From a virus (taxonomy: Duplodnaviria; Heunggongvirae; Uroviricota; Caudoviricetes), in IMG/VR virus record IMGVR_UViG_2617271072_000004, positions 32,726 to 96,725 of that record: a stretch of 64,000 nt of DNA; one strand, written 5' to 3'. The stretch's first letter is position 1. Each line of letters begins with the position of its first letter. A program made the position numbers and the translations under genes. The notes beneath the pieces were generated by a model, which ran no database searches, was not told the origin of the DNA, and worked only from the letters and a program-made list of their open reading frames with translations. Shown piece after piece: positions 10,741 through 20,407 of the stretch.

Positions 10741-11252
10741 GCCGCGTTTCCTTCTTTCTTATTAACAATTACACCGTCATATATTTCATTAAGGTGCCCT
10801 CTCAACTCCATGCGCCTTAATGCAGATAACATGTAATCGCATTCAACCTGCTTATTTCCAGTAAATGGCTTATCGTCAGGATTACCCCAACAGCAATTAC
10901 CCTTGGGCCACCCATGTACTTTCCGTACTCTTCCGTTAACAACGTGAAGTAATCCCCAGCCAGGTGGTAAATCCTCAATTGAAATAATTCCCGGCTCACT
11001 AATAAAGAATCGCCAGTCGCCCATGCCAAGTGAGGGATTTTTACGGAAACGCTTTTTTCTATCTGCCAACAAGTCAGCACGAGAACACTTCGCCTCTATC
11101 AGGCATGATGCTGAATTTCTGAACCCCATAGCATCTGGCTGTTCTCCGGTACTGGTTACAGCTATAAAGCGGTCATGAAAACAAACCTTGAACCCGTTGC
11201 GCTTAAGGAACTTGTACGCAATTTGACAGAGTTCGCGGTGTGTTAACGCCAT
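10737..11252 (-). CDS. PD-(D/E)XK nuclease-fold protein, MmcB-like (about 171 aa from MALTHREL); ORF track extends to 11441
   Basis: Motifs GEQPDAMGF and CLIEAKCSRADLLADRKKRF; RBS AAGGAGAG before internal ATG. Confidence 0.5.
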   Translation of the reverse strand: MALTHRELCQIAYKFLKRNGFKVCFHDRFIAVTSTGEQPDAMGFRNSASCLIEAKCSRADLLADRKKRFRKNPSLGMGDWRFFISEPGIISIEDLPPGWGLLHVVNGRVRKVHGWPKGNCCWGNPDDKPFTGNKQVECDYMLSALRRMELRGHLNEIYDGVIVNKKEGNAA

Positions 11253-11787
11253 ATCACTCTCCTTTAGTGCGCAAATGGTTTTTCCAGCGGTTTTGCGCCG
11301 CGCTGGGCTTTTGCAAAAACCACAATCCATCATCCCGTAATATTTCATCAACCCCATCCGTCGGTTGCTGAGTCTCACCCACTGCCAGACGCCAGGAGCG
11401 TTTCTACGAACTAACAGAATCTTTGCTTTACGGTTTTTCATCTTACAGCGTACCCTTTCTTCCGCCTGTTCTGTGACGCAGTAGGCTTACGCTTTGCGGC
11501 AAAAGCCACCTGACCAAATGGATGGAGTACCGCTATCTTATGGTTGCTAATAACCAGCTCCACCACACGCACAGGTCGCTGTAAAAAAAAGTCGTTTTGC
11601 CTTACGGTTTTTCATCGCTTTGCTCTCCTGCGTCTCTTTGCTGCTCGTCGTGCCGCTGCAATACCGGTATGGCGGCGCTTTGGTGCCGGGATGATGTTGT
11701 CAGCCATCAGGACATGTGGCTTTGCAATTAGCGCAGAAGCCCAAAAACGAGTCGGGTACGGTAACAAGCCGATACATGCCACACGCA

Positions 11788-12486
11788 CTACTCACCTCCG
11801 TTGATGCGAATGCCAGCGGCACGGGAATCATTCCATCGCTTTACTTCTTCACGAATTACGTCAATGCATTCTTTCGAATCCATTAGGTAATCTTCATCAA
11901 AAAGCCTTTCCTGTTCGTTTTCTATCGCAACAATGATTGCTTCAACTAACTTTTGTGCCTGAGAACCACTTTCTAACTCTGCAATGCGCTTCTCTGCGGC
12001 TTCCAGCTTCTCGCGCATATCGTCAACGTACTCGACCAGAGATCCGCCAGCAGGAATTTCGCACTCCTCGACCAGTTGGAAGTAGATATCAGCTGCGGCC
12101 CGTGTGTTGCTATGCCTAGCGTCGCCCATCTCACCTTCACGAAGAGCATCGCGTTCGGCGGTAAGATTGGCTATTTTGCTGTCTTTGCCTTCCAGCTCAA
12201 CGCGAAGCCTCCCTACCGTTAGCGCAATTTCCTCGTTCTCCTGGTCACGGCGTTTGATGTATTGCTGGTTTCTTTCCCGTTCATCCAGCAGCGCCAAGAC
12301 GGTAGCCGGATTGGCTGCGGCGATGAATTCAGCATCACGAGATTCGTTTTCACTGAACACCATAGCTATTTGCTCATGCTTTATGCCGTCAGTGGAGTAA
12401 ATCTCATCGTCGAATTCAACAGCCCACTTACCTTTCGTAGCCTTCTCCGCCGCCTCGCGCAGTTCTTGATAGTTAATTTTGCTCAC
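11788..12486 (-). CDS. Ead/Ea22-like family protein (232 aa), GTG start
   Basis: N-terminus VSKINYQELREAAEKATKGKW; coiled-coil middle; RBS AAAGGAGGC. Confidence 0.55.
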   Translation of the reverse strand: MSKINYQELREAAEKATKGKWAVEFDDEIYSTDGIKHEQIAMVFSENESRDAEFIAAANPATVLALLDERERNQQYIKRRDQENEEIALTVGRLRVELEGKDSKIANLTAERDALREGEMGDARHSNTRAAADIYFQLVEECEIPAGGSLVEYVDDMREKLEAAEKRIAELESGSQAQKLVEAIIVAIENEQERLFDEDYLMDSKECIDVIREEVKRWNDSRAAGIRINGGE

Positions 12487-13195
12487 TGGTTGCCTCCTTT
12501 GCGAAGCTGGGCAGCAAAGTCAACTAACCACTCAGTCATTTCAACCTTCCCTACCAGGTCTGAACCAGGGTGCATACAGCAATCACTCTGCGCCGCTTTG
12601 AAATCCTTATACTCATATTCTTGGGCCACCAGATTTTTGCAGCTTCTATAGCAGCATCCACCCCCTGCGCCCGAACTTCAGCCAGGAAAGCGTCGGTGGC
12701 TGGAATTTGCGGCATCCCTCCGTCTGTTGCGCAGATATACGCATCAGATATTTCATCCTGCTGGCCATCAAACACGTAGCAACAGCCCCTGATAAACAGC
12801 TTCATTGAGGCATTCTCCACTGCCAGCGCCGTGCGATTACCATCCAGCTCTGCAATGCGCTGTTTTGCGGCATCCAGTTCAATCGACAATTTTTCCAACT
12901 GCTCTTGATGCTTCTTGTATTCCTGATATGCGTGCCAAGACTGACCTTTGCGCACACTATCAGTGATATCAGTAATCTGTTCTGGTGTTAGCGTGGTCAG
13001 TGGCTGTGATGGGAAAATAAGCACTTTCCCGGAATCCCAATCAAAACCAGCGTGAATTGACTGAACCTCAACTGAAGGTGTTGAACCAATGCTGCCAGGC
13101 GAATGAACAACGATTGTTACATCCATATCGCGACGATGGCTGTGGTTGTTGGACAAAATACGATTCACCAACTCAGAAAATTTGGAAAATTTCAT
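12483..13195 (-). CDS. paralogue sharing the PATDAFLAE(V/I)RA block with 13479..14179; frame broken near 12640 (A-run)
   Basis: ORF 12551..13195 plus alternate-frame C-terminus ...EMTEWLVDFAAQLRKGGNQ* paralogous to neighbour C-termini. Confidence 0.45.
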
Positions 13196-13483
13196 GCTGA
13201 TTCCCCTTTCTCTGCTCTCTCCTGTCGGAACATCACTATCATCAGGTCGCCTTTTGTCGCTATCCTGGCTGTTGTACCTGGTTCAATGCGGCTAAGCTCA
13301 AATGCGTCATAGAACGCTTCTAATGCCTTCTGGCGTAGTTCCTGTTTGCGCCGTTTTTTCCACTGTTTTAGGAAAATGGAACCCAGCCATCGCCATGTAC
13401 GGGACATGATGTAAAGCCAACCGAGAAGTGCCAGACCGGTATTTAGGAGCGTATCGATCGTTATTGTCGTGTCGATATTCACT
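13192..13483 (-). CDS. small membrane protein (about 97 aa), GTG start overlapping upstream stop
   Basis: Hydrophobic LLNTGLALLGWLYIM; ORF track over-extends upstream. Confidence 0.4.
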
Positions 13484-14179
13484 GGCTGCTTCCTTTGCGA
13501 ATCTGTTCCGCCCATTCTTCAAGGGATTTCTCCGCATATTCACCAGACAGGCCATCAATCGGATGCGCTTCATTAGCCAACTCTTCTTTCGCTGACAAAA
13601 TCATGCGTGTAACGTCGAAAACTTCACGCAAAGACTTATTGATAAATCCGTGATTGAACGCAGCAGCAAGACGGCTGGCGGTATAGTTAATCCCCTCGTT
13701 GCGTGCTTCCGCACGAATTTCAGCCAGAAAAGCATCGGTAGCTGGAGTTTCGCTGTGGTGTAGGGCATCGTTGATAATCATTGCAGCAACACCAGCCTGC
13801 CCTGCATCCGTGACCGACACATGCTCAAGAGTTACGGCCATTGCGTGTTTCAGCCCGGCGTTCTCTGCCACCAGCGCCGCGAGCTTAGTCTCAAGCGGTG
13901 CTATTCGGCACATAGCATCAATATTTGTGTCCTCCAGGCGCTTAATTTCACCAAGTAGCGCCAGTGCAACCTTTGGGTTGAATGCGGCAACATAACGAGC
14001 GTTGTTCTCTGCGTTTTTCAGCCCATCAAAGCCGGTCCATTTGATAACATCTTCACATCGTTTATCACCGGGCGTATGCACCGCATACGTACCAGTACCC
14101 GGCGAAATAAATGCGACCCATTCGCCCTGTGTTGCCTGTTTTGCTATCTCACGCAGTGCCCGGTAATTAATTTTGCTCA
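13479..14179 (-). CDS. Ead/Ea22-like family protein (about 233 aa), GTG start; ORF track extends to 14216
   Basis: VSKINYRALREIAKQATQGEW N-terminus preceded by AAAGGAGGC RBS. Confidence 0.55.
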
Positions 14180-14417
14180 CTGGCTGCCTCCTTTGCGGAG
14201 TTGCGCTTCGATGCACGAAAAAAAAGACTCCCGAGTATGACTGTTAAGAGCTGGTGCGAACGCCGCGTTAAGAACGGCAGCATCACAGCCGTCATCAATA
14301 TAGAGCGCAATTTTTTTTCTCCAGGCGCGCTTTGGCTTCCTGCAACTGCATACCCCGGCACGCACGCGGGATATAATCAGCAATTTGAGCGATAGCTTTT
14401 TCGTTCTGTTTAAACAT
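14177..14417 (-). CDS. small protein (about 80 aa) ending ...IEAQLRKGGSQ; frame broken at T8 run near 14311
   Basis: ATG overlapping upstream stop; C-terminus paralogous to neighbours. Confidence 0.35.
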
Positions 14418-14613
14418 GCTTCACCTCGATAGGCTTGATGGTGTCTAACAGCAGTCGACGGCGCGTATTTTCTGCAAAGTGGCGGCGTCCGGTATCTTTG
14501 TGGTAAAACTCATTTTTGCCGACGACCCACATCCGCTCTGTTTGGTGCAGTTTTTTTACCTTCGGGCCATCTTTGGTGATCACGGTACCGGTATGGGTTT
14601 TTACGATTGTCAT
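14410..14613 (-). CDS. hypothetical small basic protein (67 aa)
   Basis: ORF, 4-nt overlap with PAPS-reductase-like gene. Confidence 0.4.
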   Translation of the reverse strand: MTIVKTHTGTVITKDGPKVKKLHQTERMWVVGKNEFYHKDTGRRHFAENTRRRLLLDTIKPIEVKHV

Positions 14614-15488
14614 TCCACTACCTCTTCGAATTTCAACTCCAATTGGTCACCCCAGATTTCACATGATTCGGAACACGAACCAGTATCAAACCGCTTGGCC
14701 AGCACCATCGCCTGATACAAATTTCTGTAGTCACTGTCGGCATACATTCTGGCAATCCCGTCAAGCGTCAGGTGGCCACGGTACATAACGTCTTTACCTG
14801 TTCTGCGATGACCATCCCTGACGTGTTTGCCTGTAACCAGTTCATTAAAAACCCGCATCAGACCTGGTTCGTCTTTACATGCAAGCCCCAGCTTTTGCGT
14901 TGACTTTTTGATGCAAAAAACACAGTTCCCGAGGTGCTCCGGGATTTGCAAATCAAAAGGTTGTTTTCGCCACCACCGGATAACATCCGACTTATCAAAA
15001 TCTGACAGTTCGGCAAGATACCGGACGCCCGGTTTCGGTTTCAGCCTACGGGGTTCGTCCGCACGAATACCCAGCCATGTGATGTAATTCCCTCGCCCAA
15101 AATGGTCATCGCAATATTTCGTGAAAGGGGTGAGTTTTAGCCTTTCAGTACAGAACGCGCCGCCGATGTATGGCGTACCGTACTTTTTAACCATGTCCAT
15201 AAACGGTTTAAGCACCGGCATTCGCGTCTGAATATCCTTTGGTTCCCATTCCGTATAACCATTTGGCTTCCCAATTTCTGGATTTATATCGACCTGCAAC
15301 ACCGTTAGCGGTACGTTCCAGAACTTCACAACCTCACGAATAAAGCGATACGTCAGAGGATGTTCACAGCCGGTATCCATAAAAATGAAATGGACGCTAG
15401 CGCCAGCTTTTCGCTGTGCTTCCATCAGATGAACGAGATAAGCCGATGTTCGTCCACCTGAAAAGCTGACGACTTGATGCATACTCAC
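14610..15488 (-). CDS. PAPS reductase-like (PP-loop ATP pyrophosphatase fold) protein, 292 aa
   Basis: PP-loop motif SFSGGRTS near N-terminus, C-terminal Cys cluster. Confidence 0.75.
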   Translation of the reverse strand: MSMHQVVSFSGGRTSAYLVHLMEAQRKAGASVHFIFMDTGCEHPLTYRFIREVVKFWNVPLTVLQVDINPEIGKPNGYTEWEPKDIQTRMPVLKPFMDMVKKYGTPYIGGAFCTERLKLTPFTKYCDDHFGRGNYITWLGIRADEPRRLKPKPGVRYLAELSDFDKSDVIRWWRKQPFDLQIPEHLGNCVFCIKKSTQKLGLACKDEPGLMRVFNELVTGKHVRDGHRRTGKDVMYRGHLTLDGIARMYADSDYRNLYQAMVLAKRFDTGSCSESCEIWGDQLELKFEEVVE

Positions 15489-15491
15489 GGT

Positions 15492-16070
15492 TTATTCCTG
15501 AATGCGCTTAAACTCGATTACCCATACCAACGGGTTAGATAGCCAGTTATCCTGCCCGTAAATACTGCGCCAGATATCACCAAAACCAACGCGATAAACA
15601 GCTTCAGATGGCGTAATCTTGTACGTCGCCGGAGTTGCGCCTTCTGCTTTAGCATCTGCCTCGCTCATGTCATGCAGCCGTTCCACACGCACGTCGGTAA
15701 TTTCCAGAAGAATGCGCGATGCCCAGCGCGGCATGTGAATTGATGGCGTCCACTTTTCTGATACTGGTTTATTACAAACCTCGACCGGAACCCGGTGCGT
15801 TTGTTCTGTCCAGGAGTTACGCACGCTTGCGCGATAAACCAGCGTTGCGACGTCCGTCGCTTTGCCATGTACCCGGTAGGTTTCGCGAACCCAAATACGA
15901 TCGCCCGGTTGACCATATGGACAATGCTTGGCAAGCAACTCTGCGGCCACTGCCCGTCCATAGAATTTTTCTTCAACAATCCTGCGAGTCTGTGTTTTAT
16001 TCCCGCCAAGAATTGCCCGGACCATCTCATCGTTAAAAATCATGCCGCGCTCTTTCACTTCGCCTTTCAT
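15492..16070 (-). CDS. ASCH/PUA-like domain protein (192 aa)
   Basis: N-terminal MIFNDEMVRAILGGNKTQTRR resembles ASCH GxKxxExR signature. Confidence 0.45.
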   Translation of the reverse strand: MKGEVKERGMIFNDEMVRAILGGNKTQTRRIVEEKFYGRAVAAELLAKHCPYGQPGDRIWVRETYRVHGKATDVATLVYRASVRNSWTEQTHRVPVEVCNKPVSEKWTPSIHMPRWASRILLEITDVRVERLHDMSEADAKAEGATPATYKITPSEAVYRVGFGDIWRSIYGQDNWLSNPLVWVIEFKRIQE

Positions 16071-16079
16071 ACATCCCCC

Positions 16080-16166
16080 TTACCCATGTGCGACGATGCC
16101 GCCAAAAGTGATAGAGAACAGCCAGAAATAGATCGCGGCCATAATGATTTTGAATGCCGTGTTCAT
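16080..16166 (-). CDS. 28-aa hydrophobic micro-protein (MNTAFKIIMAAIYFWLFSITFGGIVAHG)
   Basis: Strong RBS AGGAGC 7 nt before ATG; single predicted TM helix; below ORF-track size cutoff. Confidence 0.35.
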   Translation of the reverse strand: MNTAFKIIMAAIYFWLFSITFGGIVAHG

Positions 16167-16248
16167 ATTTTCAGCTCCTGTGATTGATTGGATACATGCC
16201 GCGCCTTGCGGCATGTTTTAATTTTCACTTTCTCTGTTTTAAAAATCA

Positions 16249-16265
16249 AGATTTATTAGAGCAAT
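16249..16265 (-). promoter_or_regulatory. C1-operator-like site (16/17) with TTGCTC-N17-TAAAAC promoter geometry
   Basis: plus strand agATTTATTAGAGCAAT at 3' end of HAD-like gene. Confidence 0.55.
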
Positions 16266-16771
16266 TATTGTTGATGAAGAAGTGCATTTTCATATTCCCT
16301 GACCATTAACGTAAGTACGCCGTGACTCCTGAAAACACGCGCCACTTCAATCTTATCTTCCAGCGCGAACGCAATTTTACTTAGACCAATTTTCTTCAGG
16401 AGATCAATCTTTGCAGGGCCGTCATTTCTGTCATCGGTGGCAGGACGCATAGATAGCAAAGGCTCAGCCCCATTTGTTACGTGCTTACGCAGCCAGGCTC
16501 GTGTTTTATCCCTTGCGATCTCACAGCGCCCGGTTACAAACCAGACCGTGTAAACGTTAAATAACTGGCGCACCATATCAATAACCGGAGTGATGGGAGT
16601 ATCGGTGTCACAGGCGAGATTAAACTCGTTCCAGTCCTTTGTTAATGCACCTTTACCTGGTGGCGGAAGCAAATGCAGTCTGTCTTCAGTTGCCTCTGAT
16701 ATTGTTCCATCAATATCGACTATGACGATATACGGACGTTCCTGGTGTGCGTGTTTATTGAAAATACTCAA
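16265..16771 (-). CDS. HAD-superfamily phosphatase-like protein (168 aa)
   Basis: Motif I VIVDIDGT near N-terminus. Confidence 0.6.
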   Translation of the reverse strand: MSIFNKHAHQERPYIVIVDIDGTISEATEDRLHLLPPPGKGALTKDWNEFNLACDTDTPITPVIDMVRQLFNVYTVWFVTGRCEIARDKTRAWLRKHVTNGAEPLLSMRPATDDRNDGPAKIDLLKKIGLSKIAFALEDKIEVARVFRSHGVLTLMVREYENALLHQQ

Positions 16772-16844
16772 ATGCCCTCCTCATTGGACGAAAAAAAATG
16801 CTGGTGGGCGCACTCCACCAGCATTAAAAGTGACGCTGTAACTA

Positions 16845-18107
16845 TCAGCGGACGTAAATAGTGCCGCCGTTCTCTTTTTCCCATGCATCGCTACGTGCAT
16901 AGCAAACATCGAGAAGTCTTCTTGCCGCTGTTTCCTCTAAACCCAATTCGACAACCAACTGCTCATGACGGCGGGTAACCACATCAAACAGGGTATGCAA
17001 CCCTTTAGTTGCCAGATCATCAATGAATTCCGGTTCGAACGGCAGCTCTGCATCTGCCAACATAACCTCTTGCGCCCACTCAACTCGACGGACCAATTCC
17101 GGGCGGCGGCTTTCCATCTCTTTACAGATCAATTCATGGAAGAACTCTACCCAACCTTCCGGCTGGAACTCGCGGAAAATTGCCAACGGCTGGAAGTTTG
17201 GCATCAACCATTCGTTGATTCGGATATCAATGGCATAGCCCATGTCGCAGCAGAACTGATAAGCAAAGTCCAGCTTAGAAACGATATAAGGACGCTCGTT
17301 ATTGAACTCTTTAGGCGATGAGATCCCATAAGCCAGGAGGCGCGGGAAGAAGGAGATTTGCCCTAACGTCGGATGAAGTTTGCTTGCAGGGAAACGGCGC
17401 TCAGTAATGCCATACATTTCCTTCTTGAGCGTCGCAAATTTGGCATTCTCATTAACCAGCGCGGTAACCTCTGCTTTTTTATTAGCAAATGCCACGCGCG
17501 CTTCGCTTGCATCTTTAATAGTTTTTTTGAGCTGTTGGTTAAGGTCGGCGACCTGCTTACGCAGTTCCTGTCGCTCGCTTTTAGCTTTGTTATAGCGTTT
17601 CTCAAGGTTAAAAGGATCAAGTTTCATGATCTCTTTATATTGAGATTTTAGCGTTGAAATCTGTGAGTTCCGCAGTTCAACCATCGCGGTCATTTCATTG
17701 AGTTTTGTTTCCAGCTCAATGCTTATACGTTCGGCATTATCAGCACGCTGGTTGGCGTCATGCGTCGCATCGTCGATCGCGTCCTGTTGCTGGCGTTTCA
17801 AATGTTCAATTTGTAGCTGAAGCTCTTCAATTTCTTTACCCTTCAGACCGAGATCCAACTGCATATTTTCAGCTGCATCTACCAGGGAGTTATGGCTATC
17901 AGCTTCTGCGTTATAAACATCAATAAGCTGTGCGTGAAGCATCTCCGCTGACTGAACCGCATTATCAAAAAAACGCGCTGTGAGGTCATCACAACTAACG
18001 CGGCGTTGCGCGGCCCGGATGTTCTGGATAATGGCCGGGATACCGGCATTCAGGACGTCAGGGATAGATACATTTTCGATTGATTGGTTTTGTGCTGAAG
18101 TGATCAT
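16845..18107 (-). CDS. coiled-coil protein (420 aa) with unknown C-terminal domain
   Basis: About 180 aa of heptad-rich sequence (EIEELQLQIEHLKRQQQ...), then globular C-terminus. Confidence 0.6.
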   Translation of the reverse strand: MITSAQNQSIENVSIPDVLNAGIPAIIQNIRAAQRRVSCDDLTARFFDNAVQSAEMLHAQLIDVYNAEADSHNSLVDAAENMQLDLGLKGKEIEELQLQIEHLKRQQQDAIDDATHDANQRADNAERISIELETKLNEMTAMVELRNSQISTLKSQYKEIMKLDPFNLEKRYNKAKSERQELRKQVADLNQQLKKTIKDASEARVAFANKKAEVTALVNENAKFATLKKEMYGITERRFPASKLHPTLGQISFFPRLLAYGISSPKEFNNERPYIVSKLDFAYQFCCDMGYAIDIRINEWLMPNFQPLAIFREFQPEGWVEFFHELICKEMESRRPELVRRVEWAQEVMLADAELPFEPEFIDDLATKGLHTLFDVVTRRHEQLVVELGLEETAARRLLDVCYARSDAWEKENGGTIYVR

Positions 18108-18108
18108 T

Positions 18109-18327
18109 TCAAAGTTCCGTATTAGCTTGTGCTTCGGTCATTTTTCCTAAGTATGAAGGAGGAAGGACTACGCAATTTGTATCCAGTCCCTCACCTATGG
18201 CAGCCTGTAAAATTCTGGCTAAGGTGAGTCTCTTGTTGCGATACCTGGTGATGACATGCCTGATACCGCCGGTCGGCGTAACAAAGGCGATCAGCCAGTA
18301 GTGATATTTCCGTCGGAATGGCCACAT
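18109..18327 (-). CDS. small protein (72 aa from MWPFRRKYHYW); ORF track extends to 18378
   Basis: ATG preceded by AAGGTG RBS and an operator-like site. Confidence 0.4.
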   Translation of the reverse strand: MWPFRRKYHYWLIAFVTPTGGIRHVITRYRNKRLTLARILQAAIGEGLDTNCVVLPPSYLGKMTEAQANTEL

Positions 18328-18341
18328 AGTGCACCTTGTAG

Positions 18342-18358
18342 ATTGCTCTAATAAAAAA
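18342..18358 (+). promoter_or_regulatory. C1-operator-like site (14/17), inverted relative to the others
   Basis: ATTGCTCTAATAAaaaa. Confidence 0.45.
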
Positions 18359-18386
18359 ACGTGATGAGTGTACATCACGTTTTAAA
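18357..18386. terminator. hairpin AACGTGATG-agtgtac-CATCACGTT flanked by A-run and T-run (bidirectional intrinsic terminator)
   Basis: 9-bp perfect stem, run of A on one side and T on the other. Confidence 0.55.
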
Positions 18387-18391
18387 AATAT

Positions 18392-18408
18392 GGAATTATT
18401 AGAGCAAT
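18392..18408 (-). promoter_or_regulatory. C1-operator-like site (14/17) abutting stop codon of glycosyltransferase gene
   Basis: ggaaTTATTAGAGCAAT. Confidence 0.45.
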
Positions 18409-18409
18409 A

Positions 18410-19111
18410 TTATTCTAATTCTCGCTCAAAAAATGAGCTGATAAGGGGAAGCCAATCCTCTGACACTTCGCGAGGTCGCGGTTTGCCGTGGAAAAAGATT
18501 ATTCGGCAGTCTTTTGGTAATGCCCCATTCCCCCTGGAGTAACGCGCGCTCGCATATTTTGAACCAGGTTCCACAACATCGGCCTTGTAACTTACAAACC
18601 ATCCTGGATACAGATCCTGAAATGCTGGTGTATCATCGCCCATAACCTTTCGTAAGAACCCCTGGTCACCCCAGCACTCAGTAGTGACACAACGAGAAAT
18701 CCAACCTTCCGGATCTTGCCAGAATGAACTCCAGATATGCGCTTTAACACTATTTGGTATCCACAGGGCACCGCTGCCACGATATTGTGGATGGTAAAAA
18801 TCCCTAAGCATGGTGAAGCTGGTTGGTGGATGCTCTAGGATTGGGCGTATATCACCGGCAATAACCGTGTCCAAATCCAGATAGAACAGATCATCGGTTA
18901 TATCCGGTCGGAACAACTCGATTTTCGCCCACCAGCCACGGCACTTTTGCCACTGGTTGATCAATGGGATAACTTTGACGCCAGGTACATGTAAACACTT
19001 CAGGTCTGTCAGGCAAATAATTTCATAGTCTTTTGGCAGTTGATTAACCAGCCACTGCACATCGGAAGCGTTATAGTCACCACCAGAGCGAAGAACTAAA
19101 GCAATCTTCAT
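18410..19111 (-). CDS. putative GT-A-type glycosyltransferase (233 aa)
   Basis: DLD motif (YLDLDTV) after N-terminal Rossmann-like strand; 4-nt overlap with ppp. Confidence 0.5.
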   Translation of the reverse strand: MKIALVLRSGGDYNASDVQWLVNQLPKDYEIICLTDLKCLHVPGVKVIPLINQWQKCRGWWAKIELFRPDITDDLFYLDLDTVIAGDIRPILEHPPTSFTMLRDFYHPQYRGSGALWIPNSVKAHIWSSFWQDPEGWISRCVTTECWGDQGFLRKVMGDDTPAFQDLYPGWFVSYKADVVEPGSKYASARYSRGNGALPKDCRIIFFHGKPRPREVSEDWLPLISSFFERELE

Positions 19112-19800
19112 GCTGCACCATCACCTTTCACTTTCATCAATGTCAGGTTTCCGCAAAATACGGCACCAGTGTCGATATACTGCTGATTCCAGAATGTCTT
19201 CGGGCTTTTCACCGGAGTGTGACCAAAGATAAAACGATCTGCGCCCGAAATTTCGCCACCAATATCATCCATCGAATCACTGATACGCTCGCGCGCCCAG
19301 ACAACGTTGAAAAGCGGTACCTCCTTACCGAATTGGTATTCATTATCCGGATAGTCGGCATGGGCTATAACGATAGTTTCTTGCCCGGTGTTCAACTCAA
19401 TGATATAGGGCAGACGCTTTACCAGCTCCACCAGCGCCCAGGCTAATATTTCCTGATCAGTGTCCAGCATGAAGAACCATTGTCCGCCATTCATTAGCCA
19501 GTTATTCACGTTGCCATCTGGACTTAACGCATCAATCATCAGCCGCTCATGGTTCCCCATCACTGCCCTGAACCAGGGCATCTGCAATAGTTCCAGACAT
19601 TCGACATTTTCAGTACCGCGATCGATAAGGTCGCCGACCGATATCAGTAAATCCTGCGCCGGGTCAAAATCCACACGATGGAGTTCGGACATCAGTCTGG
19701 TGTAGCAACCATGCAGATCACCAACAACCCAGACATTCCTGTATTTGGTACCGTCGATACGGTGATAAATTGTGGGTGCCATCATGTATTCTTCAGCCAT
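19108..19800 (-). CDS. ppp: serine/threonine protein phosphatase, lambda-PPase-like metallophosphatase (230 aa)
   Basis: GDLHGC, GDLIDRG, GNHE metallophosphatase motifs. Confidence 0.85.
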   Translation of the reverse strand: MAEEYMMAPTIYHRIDGTKYRNVWVVGDLHGCYTRLMSELHRVDFDPAQDLLISVGDLIDRGTENVECLELLQMPWFRAVMGNHERLMIDALSPDGNVNNWLMNGGQWFFMLDTDQEILAWALVELVKRLPYIIELNTGQETIVIAHADYPDNEYQFGKEVPLFNVVWARERISDSMDDIGGEISGADRFIFGHTPVKSPKTFWNQQYIDTGAVFCGNLTLMKVKGDGAA

Positions 19801-19894
19801 TCTTTAAGAGTCATCTGCGGAATACCTCCCATTTTCCCGCATGAAACAACGTCAATCCGTTCACGCGCAGACTGGAATAACAAAGGCAGGTGAC

Positions 19895-20407
19895 TTAGAT
19901 TTTTGGCGTGCCGCCGGAGTGAACGCGTGGTTCTTGTGTAGCGTCAACGCCCACCAGGGCGACATGTTTGAATCCGATATGGAAAGCCAGGTTCAGAGCA
20001 CCATATGCACTATTGCCGCTGGCAATTTCATTCTCATCTTCGCAAAGTCCGAAATGTGCGGACCAGCGCCACGCCCACCACTCGGGAGAATTCGTATTTT
20101 TTGGCTCCATGCCACGTTCAGCCACACGACGGAAGCACAGAACGCCGTCTCTGACTTCACGTTCTTTAACATCGGGTAGTGCCATGCAATAACAAACACC
20201 ACGGCGACGGCGGCCACGACCAACGCGCCGCATATTGTCTGGCGATGGATCAAGTGTGAAAAAATAAGAAGCGCGGTTCAGCCAGTCGATGGCCCCATTG
20301 ACCGCTATAATCGGCACTCCGCGCGGCGCAACAAAGTTTGCGGCGCTTGGGCCACTGCCGACGATAATAACGCGATCACTGCCTCTAAATTTATTCTTGG
20401 GAAACAT
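19895..20407 (-). CDS. Rossmann-like protein (170 aa), motifs IIVGSGPS, IIAVNGA, LVGVDA; paralogue of upstream gene
   Basis: Motif pattern resembling DUF115/MptE-like fold (tentative). Confidence 0.45.
   Translation of the reverse strand: MFPKNKFRGSDRVIIVGSGPSAANFVAPRGVPIIAVNGAIDWLNRASYFFTLDPSPDNMRRVGRGRRRRGVCYCMALPDVKEREVRDGVLCFRRVAERGMEPKNTNSPEWWAWRWSAHFGLCEDENEIASGNSAYGALNLAFHIGFKHVALVGVDATQEPRVHSGGTPKI

Noticed and set aside
12570-13995. Plus-strand ORFs 12570..12779, 13103..13312, 13699..13995
   Set aside because: Antisense to the Ea22-like array; Ala/Ser-rich shadow frames
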